NCBI GenBank assembly: GCA_963702125.1
Contig: OY969716.1
Location: 2,515,606-2,579,605, forward strand
Reading direction: 5' to 3'
DNA: 64,000 nucleotides
DNA from: an uncultured Acidobacteriota bacterium
GTDB taxonomy: Bacteria; Acidobacteriota; Terriglobia; Acidiferrales; UBA7541
Part shown: positions 27,995-37,898 of the stretch, piece by piece
Position numbering within the stretch: the stretch's first letter is position 1
How the letters are laid out: each line of letters opens with the position of its first letter
Notes under the pieces: generated by a model
Seen by the model: the letters and a program-made list of their open reading frames with translations, nothing else
What the model was told of the DNA's origin: nothing
Database searches by the model: none
Translations under genes and position numbers: made by a program

Positions 27995-29062
27995 ATGAAC
28001 AGAATTTCCGGACCCCAATTGATATTTCCAACTATGGAAAGAATTGAGAACCCGTGGCGCGTATCTTCTTTAGAAACTGAGCGCATAGGGGAAATTTCGT
28101 CAACGGGCTTGGCGACTGTCGAAGTGTGCGCAGGCGCTGGCGGACAGGCACTGGGATTCGAGAATGCAGGGTTTGAGCACGCCGCGCTTGTTGAGATCGA
28201 CCAGCATGCCTGTGCCACTTTGAAACATAACCGGCCGAACTGGAACGTTCGTAATGACGACCTCTCGAAGTTCAAAGGGAGACCGTACCGCGGAGTCGAT
28301 TTAGTCTCCGGCGGGCTGCCGTGCCCACCCTTCTCTATTGCAGGAAAGCAATTGGGCGACGGCGATGAGCGAAATTTGTTTCCCGCGATGATCCGTCTCG
28401 TCGATGAAATCCGGCCTCAGGGAGTGATGATCGAGAATGTCCGCGGCATACTGGATCCACGATTCGACGACTACAGAGCGCTGATCAGTTCCTCATTCCG
28501 CAAACTTGGGTTTGATACCGGTTGGAAGATGATGAACGCCTCCGATTTCGGAGTTCCTCAGCTCCGCCCACGAGTGGTATTCGTTGCACTTAAGAAGCGC
28601 TACTCGAGCAACTTCTCATGGCCGCGAGCACTTTCAGGCGCAACGACAACGGTTGCCGAAACAATTGCAGATCTCATCGCGGAACACGGGTGGAAGGGCC
28701 AAAAGGCTTGGTTGGCAAAGTCTCAGCGAATTGCTCCTACGGTGGTGGGTGGCTCTCTGAAACACGGTGGACCCGATCTTGGACCTACGCGAGCCCGGAA
28801 AGCGTGGGCGGAGCTTGGAGTGGACGGGCTCGGAATCGCAAATGATGCACCTTCACGCGACTTTAAAGGAATGCCGAGGTTAACGGTAAGAATGGTCGCC
28901 AGAATTCAAGGATTCCCGGACAATTGGCATTTCGTAGGTAAGAAAACACAGACCTACCGGCAGGTCGGTAACGCATTTCCTCCGCCGTTTGCACGCGCAC
29001 TAGCACAGAGCCTTCGCGACTGTTTGTTATCTGCGAAAGCGCGCTTTGTAGCGGCGGGTTAG
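27995..29062 (+). CDS. dcm: DNA (cytosine-5)-methyltransferase
   Basis: Motif I is EVCAGAGGQALG, motif IV is GGLPCPPFS, motif VI is ENV and motif X is QVGNAFPPPFA. The start may instead be the ATG at 28034. Confidence 0.9.
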   Translation: MNRISGPQLIFPTMERIENPWRVSSLETERIGEISSTGLATVEVCAGAGGQALGFENAGFEHAALVEIDQHACATLKHNRPNWNVRNDDLSKFKGRPYRGVDLVSGGLPCPPFSIAGKQLGDGDERNLFPAMIRLVDEIRPQGVMIENVRGILDPRFDDYRALISSSFRKLGFDTGWKMMNASDFGVPQLRPRVVFVALKKRYSSNFSWPRALSGATTTVAETIADLIAEHGWKGQKAWLAKSQRIAPTVVGGSLKHGGPDLGPTRARKAWAELGVDGLGIANDAPSRDFKGMPRLTVRMVARIQGFPDNWHFVGKKTQTYRQVGNAFPPPFARALAQSLRDCLLSAKARFVAAG

Positions 29063-29105
29063 TCGTCTGGTAGACAAACTCTCCCCGCGCCGTCGAAGCG
29101 CCAAC

Positions 29106-29483
29106 ATGGCGCGCATTCGGGCGAAGAACACCAAGCCAGAGCTTCTCGTAAGGAAGCTGCTATCGAAACTCGGTTACAGATACCGGCTGCACGTCGCACA
29201 TCTTCCTGGCAGGCCAGATCTCGTTTTCAAATCACGGCGGAAAATCATCGAAGTGCGCGGATGTTTTTGGCATTGTCACGGCAGATGCATCGACTCTCAC
29301 GTTCCAAAGTCTCGCCGCTCGTACTGGAAGCCCAAGCTAATTTCCAACGTTCGACGGGACCGCCGGAATTTAGTAGCGCTCCGAAAATCCAAGTGGAAAG
29401 TGCTCGTCGTGTGGGAATGTGAGGTTTTGAAGCACGGCACCGAGCTGGGCGCCAGATTGACTAAATTTCTGGGCCCAGCCTGA
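29106..29483 (+). CDS. vsr: Very-short-patch repair endonuclease
   Basis: NTKPELLVRKLL...LPGRPDLVF...VRGCFWHCHG match Vsr. Family-like residues (SPRRRSAN) are encoded in frame upstream of the first ATG. Confidence 0.85.
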   Translation: MARIRAKNTKPELLVRKLLSKLGYRYRLHVAHLPGRPDLVFKSRRKIIEVRGCFWHCHGRCIDSHVPKSRRSYWKPKLISNVRRDRRNLVALRKSKWKVLVVWECEVLKHGTELGARLTKFLGPA

Positions 29484-29486
29484 CTT

Positions 29487-30302
29487 TCAAACTTTCTTGT
29501 TTCGTTTTTCGCGATCCTTCTCGAATTGTCTGATCGCCGCAGTCGGGTTCTCGGGCCACGGTTTCCAAGCCTTCAGTACGTAATCTGCCTGCTTACGGCC
29601 GCTCGGCGATTTGTACAGGACTGTGCCGATCCTCCAGCCAATCACGGGATAGCGAAGTTCGCGGAGGCGCTTGTGCCAATCATCTTGGTCTGCCACAACC
29701 GCCAACCAAACGGACGGAGTCCGCCTGTCTATTCCGACAGCCTTCAAGAGTTCCCCGAGGCGGACATGAACGCTCGGATCGCCCATCGACCTCTTCATTA
29801 CGGACGACTCGACGTTCAGTGAGTCAAAAAAAGCCTTCTTTCCGGAATTGCATCGATCGCAAACGGCCCACAAATTTGAAGGATCGTTGCTGCCTCCCCA
29901 TTCCCTTGGGCGTTTGTGATCGACGACCAACCGGACACCATGCTCGTCGACGCTTTCTCCGCACATCTGACATCGGCGCCGAGAGAGGTGAAGGATCTCA
30001 GCACGGATGCGCTGACTGATCTCGCCTTCATCAGTGATTTTCTTCTTAGGGCCTATTAGCTTGTAGACAAGAATCCGTCGTTCCTTGCCGTCAACGACTT
30101 CGGTTCGAAACTGCTTTTCGATGTGGAACCATTTGTATAGATCGCGCTTTCTGCGATCCAAATGAGTCTGTTCGTCGGATCTCAAGCCCTGCTTTTCGAG
30201 TTCGCGCCGGATTTCTCCGCTCGACACGCCCTCTGGAAAGCTGACCATGATCTCGACGATTCGCTGATGTATCGATCCCGGCTTGCTCTTCTTCGCGCTC
30301 AC
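29487..30302 (-). CDS. HNH nuclease, probable restriction endonuclease partner of the Dcm methyltransferase
   Basis: The HNH core is CQMCG...VVDHKRPREWGGSNDPSNLWAVCDRCNSGK, flanked by wHTH-like N- and C-terminal regions. It is convergent with vsr across a 3-nt gap. Confidence 0.7.
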   Translation of the reverse strand: MSAKKSKPGSIHQRIVEIMVSFPEGVSSGEIRRELEKQGLRSDEQTHLDRRKRDLYKWFHIEKQFRTEVVDGKERRILVYKLIGPKKKITDEGEISQRIRAEILHLSRRRCQMCGESVDEHGVRLVVDHKRPREWGGSNDPSNLWAVCDRCNSGKKAFFDSLNVESSVMKRSMGDPSVHVRLGELLKAVGIDRRTPSVWLAVVADQDDWHKRLRELRYPVIGWRIGTVLYKSPSGRKQADYVLKAWKPWPENPTAAIRQFEKDREKRNKKV

Positions 30303-30416
30303 ACAGCTCCCAAGCGGCCCGCAAGTAGCATCCTGATACGTGATGCAGTCTAATATCGAAGTGGAGAAAACGAAAGTTGTGCACGCGGGATTTTAGGGAC
30401 TTGGAGAAAACCAATC

Positions 30417-30446
30417 GGGGCGACGCATTTTAAAATGCGTCGCCCC
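30417..30446 (-). terminator. Rho-independent terminator (30-nt perfect palindrome)
   Basis: GGGGCGACGCATTTT/AAAATGCGTCGCCCC. On the minus strand GATTGGTTTTCTCC follows. It lies 25 nt downstream of the stop of gene 30471-31634. Confidence 0.75.
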
Positions 30447-30470
30447 GTTCTACGTTTGCTGAGCTGGAAA

Positions 30471-31634
30471 TTAGAAGCTGATTTTTAGGATTTGTCCGTT
30501 GTTGCCTACGAACCAGCCGGCGTGCGGATTCGCGAAGGCGACGCCCCAATTGCCGCTGACGCCGGGAATCGTGTACCAGGTGTGGCCTTCGTCAGGCGAC
30601 CACGCGGCGGGACCGGAGCTGAAATCGGGCTGCGTCTCGGCGGTGATCACGACGTAGTGTTCGAACTCCCAGTCTTGCAGCAAGCCCCAGAAAGTGTCAC
30701 CACTGAAAAAATCCCAGTAGTAGCCTTCGTCGTTGAGGCGCTGTCCGCGCACGTAGGCGAGGCAGAAAATCGCGCCATCGACGGGCGGCTTGTTGGTGAG
30801 CGTCCAGGTCTGGCCGCCGTCGTCGGACGTGGCAACGTCGGCAGCGGAATTATCGGAAAGATCGCCGCCGCCTACGATGCCGTGGCGCGAATCGCGGAAC
30901 GCGACCGAAGTTCCACCCGCGCTGGGATTGCTGACGAGCGGCGTGTTGTAGGCCTTCCAACTGTTGCCGCCGTCGCGCGTCGCGAGAATGCGCGCGGTGT
31001 CTGCACCGCCGGTGGCGATGTATGCGTTCGAAAGGCCCTGCGTGCTGATGCAGGTGCCGCTCGAGGAGAAGGACGCTTCGCCGGAAAGCGCGGGCGGCAT
31101 TCTCGAGGCGATCGAATTCCAAGTCTTGCCGCCGTTGGTGGTGCGAAGTTCCGGGAAGACGCCGTTCACGGAATCGCTGTGCGCCAGACCGCGCTCGGGC
31201 GTCCAGAACGCGAAGCAGTCGTAGAAGGCGTTCGGATTCTGGTTGGTGAACTGGACGGACCAGGTCTTGCCGCCGTCTTCGGTTTTGTAAATTTGAAAAT
31301 TGTCGGGATCGTTGCCGATGGAAAGCAGGTAGGCGATTTTGTCGCTCACGCCCTGCACGTCGCGGAATTGAAGCTGGTCGGCGCCGGGAACGACGCCGGA
31401 CTTCCAGGTCTTGCCGCCGTTGGTAGTGACGACGTAAGTGCCGCCGGTGCCTGCCGCCCACACGACATTTTCGTTCACGGGGCTGACGGCGATGAGCAGC
31501 TGCGTGGTGCCGGAATTTTGCACGGTGATTTTGGGCTGCGGAAGTTTTTCGCCACCGCCGCCACCTGCCGCGGCGAAGCCGGCCGACGCGCAAACTGCGG
31601 ACGCGACAGCGATTAATGCAAAACGCTTGAACAT
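30471..31634 (-). CDS. Secreted BNR/Asp-box repeat beta-propeller protein (Ycf48/sialidase-like)
   Basis: Six Asp-box-like units are present: TNGGKTW (twice), TEDGGKTW, TRDGGNSW, SDDGGQTW and SPDEGHTW. The signal peptide begins at MFKRFALIAV, the ATG at 31634 with a GGGAGG RBS. Confidence 0.7.
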   Translation of the reverse strand: MFKRFALIAVASAVCASAGFAAAGGGGGEKLPQPKITVQNSGTTQLLIAVSPVNENVVWAAGTGGTYVVTTNGGKTWKSGVVPGADQLQFRDVQGVSDKIAYLLSIGNDPDNFQIYKTEDGGKTWSVQFTNQNPNAFYDCFAFWTPERGLAHSDSVNGVFPELRTTNGGKTWNSIASRMPPALSGEASFSSSGTCISTQGLSNAYIATGGADTARILATRDGGNSWKAYNTPLVSNPSAGGTSVAFRDSRHGIVGGGDLSDNSAADVATSDDGGQTWTLTNKPPVDGAIFCLAYVRGQRLNDEGYYWDFFSGDTFWGLLQDWEFEHYVVITAETQPDFSSGPAAWSPDEGHTWYTIPGVSGNWGVAFANPHAGWFVGNNGQILKISF

Positions 31635-31886
31635 TGAATTCCTCCCGGGATGGTGGGACTGAGGCTGGTGCCGCGGAGTATAGGTTGCGTGCGTGAGTGG
31701 AGTCAACGCTGCGTTGGGATGGCGGATGGAGTCGCGAAAAAGGGACCACCCGCGCGGCTGCTTATGTCGGACGCCGATTGAACGTCAGTGCGTCACCACC
31801 GAAGCATTCACCGCTGCTCTGTCGCGCTGTAGTTGTGATCCGATATAGACTCCGCTACGACGCAACTCCGCATAAGTGAGGTCAAC

Positions 31887-32924
31887 TTGACCACTCAGAA
31901 CCCCGACACTTTCGCTGAGATCCACGTTCCTACGCCCGACGAAATCCGTGCACTACATGAAGAAAGTGTTCGGATTATGTCCATTCTCATGCCGTACGCG
32001 TTAAGCCAGATGCGGGAAGCGTATCAAAGCGTGCCTGGACAGACGCATGGGCGCTTCGTTCACTACACGTCGGCAGAGGCAGCGCTGAAAATCATTCAGA
32101 CGAAACGGCTTTGGATGCGAAACACAAATTGCATGGCTGACTACCGCGAGGTACAGCATGGGTTCGACATTTACAAAAGCTATTTTCAGAACGAGGCAAA
32201 TCGCAAAGCATTCGACGAGGCGTTCGATGCGTGTTCGGCGGGGCTCGCGAAAGAAGCCCTCGCCTCCTTTGACAATTGGTGGAACGATCTGAGGTTGAAC
32301 ACCTACATCTCGTCCGTCTCGAAGCACTCCGACGATGAAGATCTGCATGGGCGGCTTTCGATGTGGCGGGCGTTCGGGGGTGGCACACGAGTTGCAATCG
32401 TTCTCCGGATTCCGTACGTGTCCGGCGCGGCATATGCCTTGGCTCTGAGTTTCAGCCCGGTAGCTTACCTTTCGTCTGCGAAAGCACACGAGGCCATGGA
32501 TCAAGTGCTCGCGAATGTTCGAGCCAACCGCGACTACTTATCGGCTCTGCCGCGCGAGGGCCTTGTGCGTTTGGTTCATCACATGCTCGCCGCAGGCATA
32601 GTATGTTTGAAACACGAAGGCTTCCACGAGGAACGCGAGTGGCGAGCCATGTATACGCCGACGCGTTGGTCATCTCCGCTGATCGAAACGTCCACTGAAG
32701 TGATTGCGGGCGCGCCGCAGTTGATTCACAAGATTCCGCTGGATGGCAGTGTTTCGCCACTCGTAGCGGACATCGATCTCGGGCAAGTATTTGATCGTCT
32801 GATTGTAGGTCCGACTCAGTACGCGTATCCGATTTGTAGGGCGCTTGCGAAAGCACTTTCGGCTGCGGGCGTTGCGGATGCGCACGCCCGTGTGCGCTTT
32901 TCAGAAATTCCGCTACGCGCGTAG
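31887..32924 (+). CDS. DUF2971-like protein
   Basis: 345 aa with a TTG start. FVHYTSAEAALKIIQTKRLWMRNTNCMADYREVQHG resembles the DUF2971 N-terminal signature (YHYTS..L..IL....LW.S....NDP.E). Confidence 0.45.
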   Translation: MTTQNPDTFAEIHVPTPDEIRALHEESVRIMSILMPYALSQMREAYQSVPGQTHGRFVHYTSAEAALKIIQTKRLWMRNTNCMADYREVQHGFDIYKSYFQNEANRKAFDEAFDACSAGLAKEALASFDNWWNDLRLNTYISSVSKHSDDEDLHGRLSMWRAFGGGTRVAIVLRIPYVSGAAYALALSFSPVAYLSSAKAHEAMDQVLANVRANRDYLSALPREGLVRLVHHMLAAGIVCLKHEGFHEEREWRAMYTPTRWSSPLIETSTEVIAGAPQLIHKIPLDGSVSPLVADIDLGQVFDRLIVGPTQYAYPICRALAKALSAAGVADAHARVRFSEIPLRA

Positions 32925-32974
32925 CAGTGGCAACGGCATCTCCGACGACACTTGTATCTTTTACGGCATCGGGG

Positions 32975-33139
32975 CTATTCGACTGTCCGCGATGTTCGCC
33001 GGTGGAGGGTGAAGCCGGGGATTTCCGTGATACATTTCTCTTCGTTACCCAGGAATGAGGCAATCTTGCGGGCCAGTTCAGAGCCCAACACCCGGGTCGG
33101 ATTTGCCTTCACAGTGGCGGGTACTCTCGATTTATTCAT
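32975..33139 (-). pseudogene. Remnant of an AraC-family regulator (N-terminal ~54 codons only)
   Basis: My own translation gives MNKSRVPATVKANPTRVLGSELARKIASFLGNEEKCITEIPGFTLHRRTSRTVE*. The ...ITEIPGFTLHRRT.. segment matches the AraC_N ligand-domain start. It is divergent from the NTF2-like/AKR operon, the usual position for such regulators. Confidence 0.3.
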
Positions 33140-33294
33140 CTCACAGCCTGCAAGTCGCTTCTAAAAATAGCCTCTTCTCTGCATGAACGCCATTGGCTTT
33201 TCGCGCGACAAGAGGAATGGGCAATAAGTAGGCAGGATCGGGCTACCAGTTGACGGCCCTTCGCCCATAAATTCCAAGATGCAAGGGAACCAAA

Positions 33295-33834
33295 ATGAAC
33301 ACGCGCATCCTGGAGAGAGCTATGAAAACCTTGGCCCGAGTTGTGGGCTTATTTTTCTTAACGATGAGTGCGGGATCACTCTACGCACAGCAGTCGCCAC
33401 AACCGCCGACGGAGACGATAAAGACTGCAGCAACTCATACACCCGAGGAACAGGAGGTCATCGATCTCTCAAACATGAAATGGGATTGGATGGCAAACAA
33501 GAAGGTCGATTCCTTGGAGACCCTATTTGATGACAAAGCTATGTTCACTCACATGGGAGGGACGTGGGGAAAAACCCAGGAACTAGCTACCATTAAAAGC
33601 GGTGGCATCTGGTACAAAAAAACTGCGGTTTACGCAGTGGATGCTCGCATATTTGGCAACGCAGCCATCCTGCTCGAAGACATTGATTTGCAGGCCGTAG
33701 TAGGCGAGCACGAAGTCACCAATCCTTTTATGGTGACTGAGGTGTATATCAAGATTGATGGCAAATGGAAGCTCGCCCAACTCACCTTCTCGCATCTGCT
33801 TCGGGCAGTGAAAATGAGTGGCAAAGAGAACTAA
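33295..33834 (+). CDS. NTF2-like (DUF4440/SnoaL-like) exported protein
   Basis: 179 aa with a signal peptide. The WDWMANKKVDSLETLFDDKAMFTHMGG...KIDGKWKLAQLTFS pattern fits the family. Confidence 0.6.
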   Translation: MNTRILERAMKTLARVVGLFFLTMSAGSLYAQQSPQPPTETIKTAATHTPEEQEVIDLSNMKWDWMANKKVDSLETLFDDKAMFTHMGGTWGKTQELATIKSGGIWYKKTAVYAVDARIFGNAAILLEDIDLQAVVGEHEVTNPFMVTEVYIKIDGKWKLAQLTFSHLLRAVKMSGKEN

Positions 33835-34830
<996 letters not shown>

Positions 34831-35027
34831 TTCGGAAATTGGCTTCGCTCGCCTTTACTCGCCTGATCAGTCCGGGGCGCGCCACTTATCATTCATGGGC
34901 GCGATAGCCTAGATCAGCGGACCATTCACGATCTCGACGCGCGGGTGGTCCCTTTTTCTCGCCCCTATACGCCATCCCAACGCAACGCTGCCCCAGTCGT
35001 ATCCTATGGAGAGAGGTGCCGAAATAG

Positions 35028-35564
35028 ATGTCTGAAAACTTCCATGAGAATGACAGTGCTGACGAGCGGTTGGCGGCGCTCCGGGATTCTGTTCCGCGAG
35101 TATTCCCGTCCTTTGTCTATCAAGGGGCAGTGACACGCTTCGACGGTGAGTGGCTACCGGAGTTGACTGAGGAGAACGCGATTCTGGACGACGACAAGTT
35201 TTTGTACGAAGAGTTGCTTGGCCGACAGTGGACCGAAGTTCCCAGAGATGTTGTGCACGCCATACCCGCGTTATTTGTGCTTCTAACGCACGAAGCGTTA
35301 GTGGCTTTTCTGCCAGCATGGATTATGGGTGCTCTTGAAGCCATCAACGGCAAAAATGAAGTGCGAGAATATTTCATATATGCGTTCAGTCCAAGTCAGG
35401 AGACATCGCTGAAAGAGTTTGAGCTAGGCATGCTTCGCGCGCTGAATGCGGACCAGCGACCGTTGGTACGCTCACTCTTGATGGAATTTGCTCAAAGGGA
35501 AGAGAGCGAATACGTCCGCGGTCAAGCGTCCGCCGCGGTGAAATTCATTGACGAGAACTTTTGA
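35028..35564 (+). CDS. Hypothetical protein
   Basis: 178-aa ATG ORF with acidic composition. No recognisable family. Confidence 0.4.
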   Translation: MSENFHENDSADERLAALRDSVPRVFPSFVYQGAVTRFDGEWLPELTEENAILDDDKFLYEELLGRQWTEVPRDVVHAIPALFVLLTHEALVAFLPAWIMGALEAINGKNEVREYFIYAFSPSQETSLKEFELGMLRALNADQRPLVRSLLMEFAQREESEYVRGQASAAVKFIDENF

Positions 35565-35739
35565 CGCGACGCACACGCCTGATAATGGCGTTAATCAGGA
35601 GTCAGTGACGCGGCGACAGTACGGAGATAAGATGAGCGGCGGTCGTTAGCCCGTAAAATTGAGAACCATTTTGTTTGGAAAAACGGTATTGCGCGCGCCT
35701 ACTGTGCCGTAGCCAGAGGCAGCGAAGGGAAGGCAGTGC

Positions 35740-36765
35740 TTGTACTTTGACCGGCGCAGTTTCCTCGCATCGGCCGTCGTGGGCCTCGATGCTTTCCGTC
35801 GTAGATTCGCTTTGTTCGACGCTGACCAGCAACCCAACAGTTTGAGGAAGGAGTCTATGACTGATATTCCGGAGATTCCGCTGACATCCCACCATCGCGT
35901 TGCAGCCGATGGGGGGAATGTGTTCTATCGCGAAGCCGGGCCTGCCGATGCGCCGGTGGTTCTGTTGCTGCATGGATTTCCCACGTCTTCGTTTCAGTAC
36001 CGGGAGTTGATCCCACGACTTGCCGACCGATATCGCGTGATCGCTCCAGACCTGCCCGGCTTTGGCTTCACCGAAGTTCCTGCAGAGCGCGATTACAAGT
36101 ACACGTTCGACGCGTTGGCGAAGACGATCTTCGCCTTCACTAACGCGCTCAAACTCAGCAGCTACGCAATGTATGTGTTCGACTATGGAGCGCCCACAGG
36201 CTTCCGCTTGGCGTTGATGGCTCCCGAGCGTGTGACCGCCATCGTGTCCCAGAACGGCAACGCTTATGAGGAAGGCCTGGGCGACGCGTGGCAGCCGATC
36301 CAACGCTACTGGCGAGAGCCCACTCTGGAGCATCGAAATGCGATTCGCGCCGGCCTGACGCTCGAAGGAATGCGTCACGAATATTCCGTCAGAATCCCAG
36401 ACCCCAGCTTGATCAGCCCGGAAGGCTACACCCTCGATGCAGCCTTACTGGCACGACCCGGCAATGTCGATATTCAACTCGATCTTTTCCTCAACTATGC
36501 GGACAACGTGAAACTGTACCCGAGGTTTCAAGAATACTTTCGAACCGCGAAACCTCCGCTGCTTGCGATATGGGGCAAGTTCGACCCGTACTTTATTCCT
36601 GCGGGAGCCGAAGCGTTCAAGCGAGACATCCCGACCGCGACGGTCAAATTCCTTCCAACGGGACACTTCGCGCTGGAGACTCACTTGCAGGAGATTGCCA
36701 TCGCGATGCGAGAGTTTCTGAGGGAACACAGCGAGAAGTCCCTGTCTGGAAAGCGTGTCGTCTAA
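35740..36765 (+). CDS. Alpha/beta hydrolase (epoxide hydrolase/haloalkane dehalogenase-like), possibly Tat-exported
   Basis: LLLHGFPTSSFQYR, the nucleophile region VFDYGAP and a C-terminal GHFALE. With the TTG start at 35740 the N-terminus reads DRRSFLASAVVG. An alternative start is the ATG at 35858. Confidence 0.8.
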   Translation: MYFDRRSFLASAVVGLDAFRRRFALFDADQQPNSLRKESMTDIPEIPLTSHHRVAADGGNVFYREAGPADAPVVLLLHGFPTSSFQYRELIPRLADRYRVIAPDLPGFGFTEVPAERDYKYTFDALAKTIFAFTNALKLSSYAMYVFDYGAPTGFRLALMAPERVTAIVSQNGNAYEEGLGDAWQPIQRYWREPTLEHRNAIRAGLTLEGMRHEYSVRIPDPSLISPEGYTLDAALLARPGNVDIQLDLFLNYADNVKLYPRFQEYFRTAKPPLLAIWGKFDPYFIPAGAEAFKRDIPTATVKFLPTGHFALETHLQEIAIAMREFLREHSEKSLSGKRVV

Positions 36766-36767
36766 GG

Positions 36768-37196
36768 TCAACCTTTCTGAGCTTCGAAGCCGTAGCGTAT
36801 GGCGCCTTCGAGTGCATCGATGTTGATGTCGTTTAGGGTTTTGAAGCGGATGCGATAGCCGGTGACGCTGGCTTTGCCGATTGTTTTTCCGAAGGTGCGG
36901 GCCAGGTATTTCTTATCTTTGAGGCCCATCAGATAGACGGAAATTCCGGTTGCGTTCGCGCTCACGCCAATTTGAAAAAAGTCGCGCGTTTTTCCGTCGG
37001 CATATTTGATTGTGTAGTTCCCATAGCCGAGAGTCGGATTCGAAACGGTTTTACCTTTGCTGTCTTTCCCGTCGGAAAACCACAGCTTGCATCGCGGTGA
37101 CGCGCGGAGCACGAGCCGGTGCAAGTGCTGCATGTCGGTGCGTTTGGGTTCAGGCTGGTCAGCGACGTATTTCTTGATCTGATCTTTTGTATTCAT
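36768..37196 (-). CDS. DUF1801 (YdhG-like) protein
   Basis: MNTKDQIKKYVADQPEPKRTDMQHLHRLVL... is a typical DUF1801 N-terminus. I place the start at the internal ATG 37196. Confidence 0.6.
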   Translation of the reverse strand: MNTKDQIKKYVADQPEPKRTDMQHLHRLVLRASPRCKLWFSDGKDSKGKTVSNPTLGYGNYTIKYADGKTRDFFQIGVSANATGISVYLMGLKDKKYLARTFGKTIGKASVTGYRIRFKTLNDINIDALEGAIRYGFEAQKG

Positions 37197-37343
37197 CCGT
37201 TCTGCTCCCCTGACCACCTGGAAATTCTCGAACCTTTCCGGCGTTAAGTTTGCCCCTACACCACAGCGTCGAACGGTCGAATCGGAAATCGACAAACGAC
37301 CGCGGAAATTCGCCACGGCGGCGTGGAGGATCCAGGGCCGTTG

Positions 37344-37721
37344 TCAGGTCGCTGTAGGCGTGGCTGGGGCCGACGCGGGAGTTGGCGCGGCTACGATCGC
37401 GAGAATTGCTGCGGCGCGCGCTTGGAGCGGCTCGGCTTCTGTGGGTCGATTGAGTTTCCGCAGCAGCGCGGCGTAGTTGGTCAGCGCGTCGGCGGCGTCG
37501 GCGTTTTGAGGGTAGATGCATTTCGACCAGACTTCGAGCGAGCGTTTGTAGAGAGCTTCCGACTCTTCGAACTTCCCTTCGTCGCGGAGCAGCGTCGCGT
37601 AGTTGTCCAGCATTCGAGTCAGGTTCGGATACCCCGCGACCAAGGGGAGGTGTTGCGTCATGTCGAGCGCGCTTTTGAAGAAATCTGAATTGTAGATAAT
37701 CTTAAATGTCTGCTCGTTCAT
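37344..37721 (-). CDS. Small TPR-repeat protein
   Basis: Two TPR_10/12-like units (NLTRMLDNYATLLRDEGKFEESEALYKRSLEV; ADALTNYAALLRKLNRPTEAEPL). Confidence 0.5.
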   Translation of the reverse strand: MNEQTFKIIYNSDFFKSALDMTQHLPLVAGYPNLTRMLDNYATLLRDEGKFEESEALYKRSLEVWSKCIYPQNADAADALTNYAALLRKLNRPTEAEPLQARAAAILAIVAAPTPASAPATPTAT

Positions 37722-37898
37722 TTATGTTGTTTGGTTCCGGTCAGAATATAAGTTGAAATATTGAGATTTGTCGAGTCGTCCGAATGACTTTTGGCCTCCG
37801 AACTTCTGAGAGAGCTTGGTCGCACCGGATGCGCATTCAATCCAGGGCGAGACTAGCTTTTCAGTCGTTGCGCTCTGAGCGAAAGGCACGAAAAGAGA

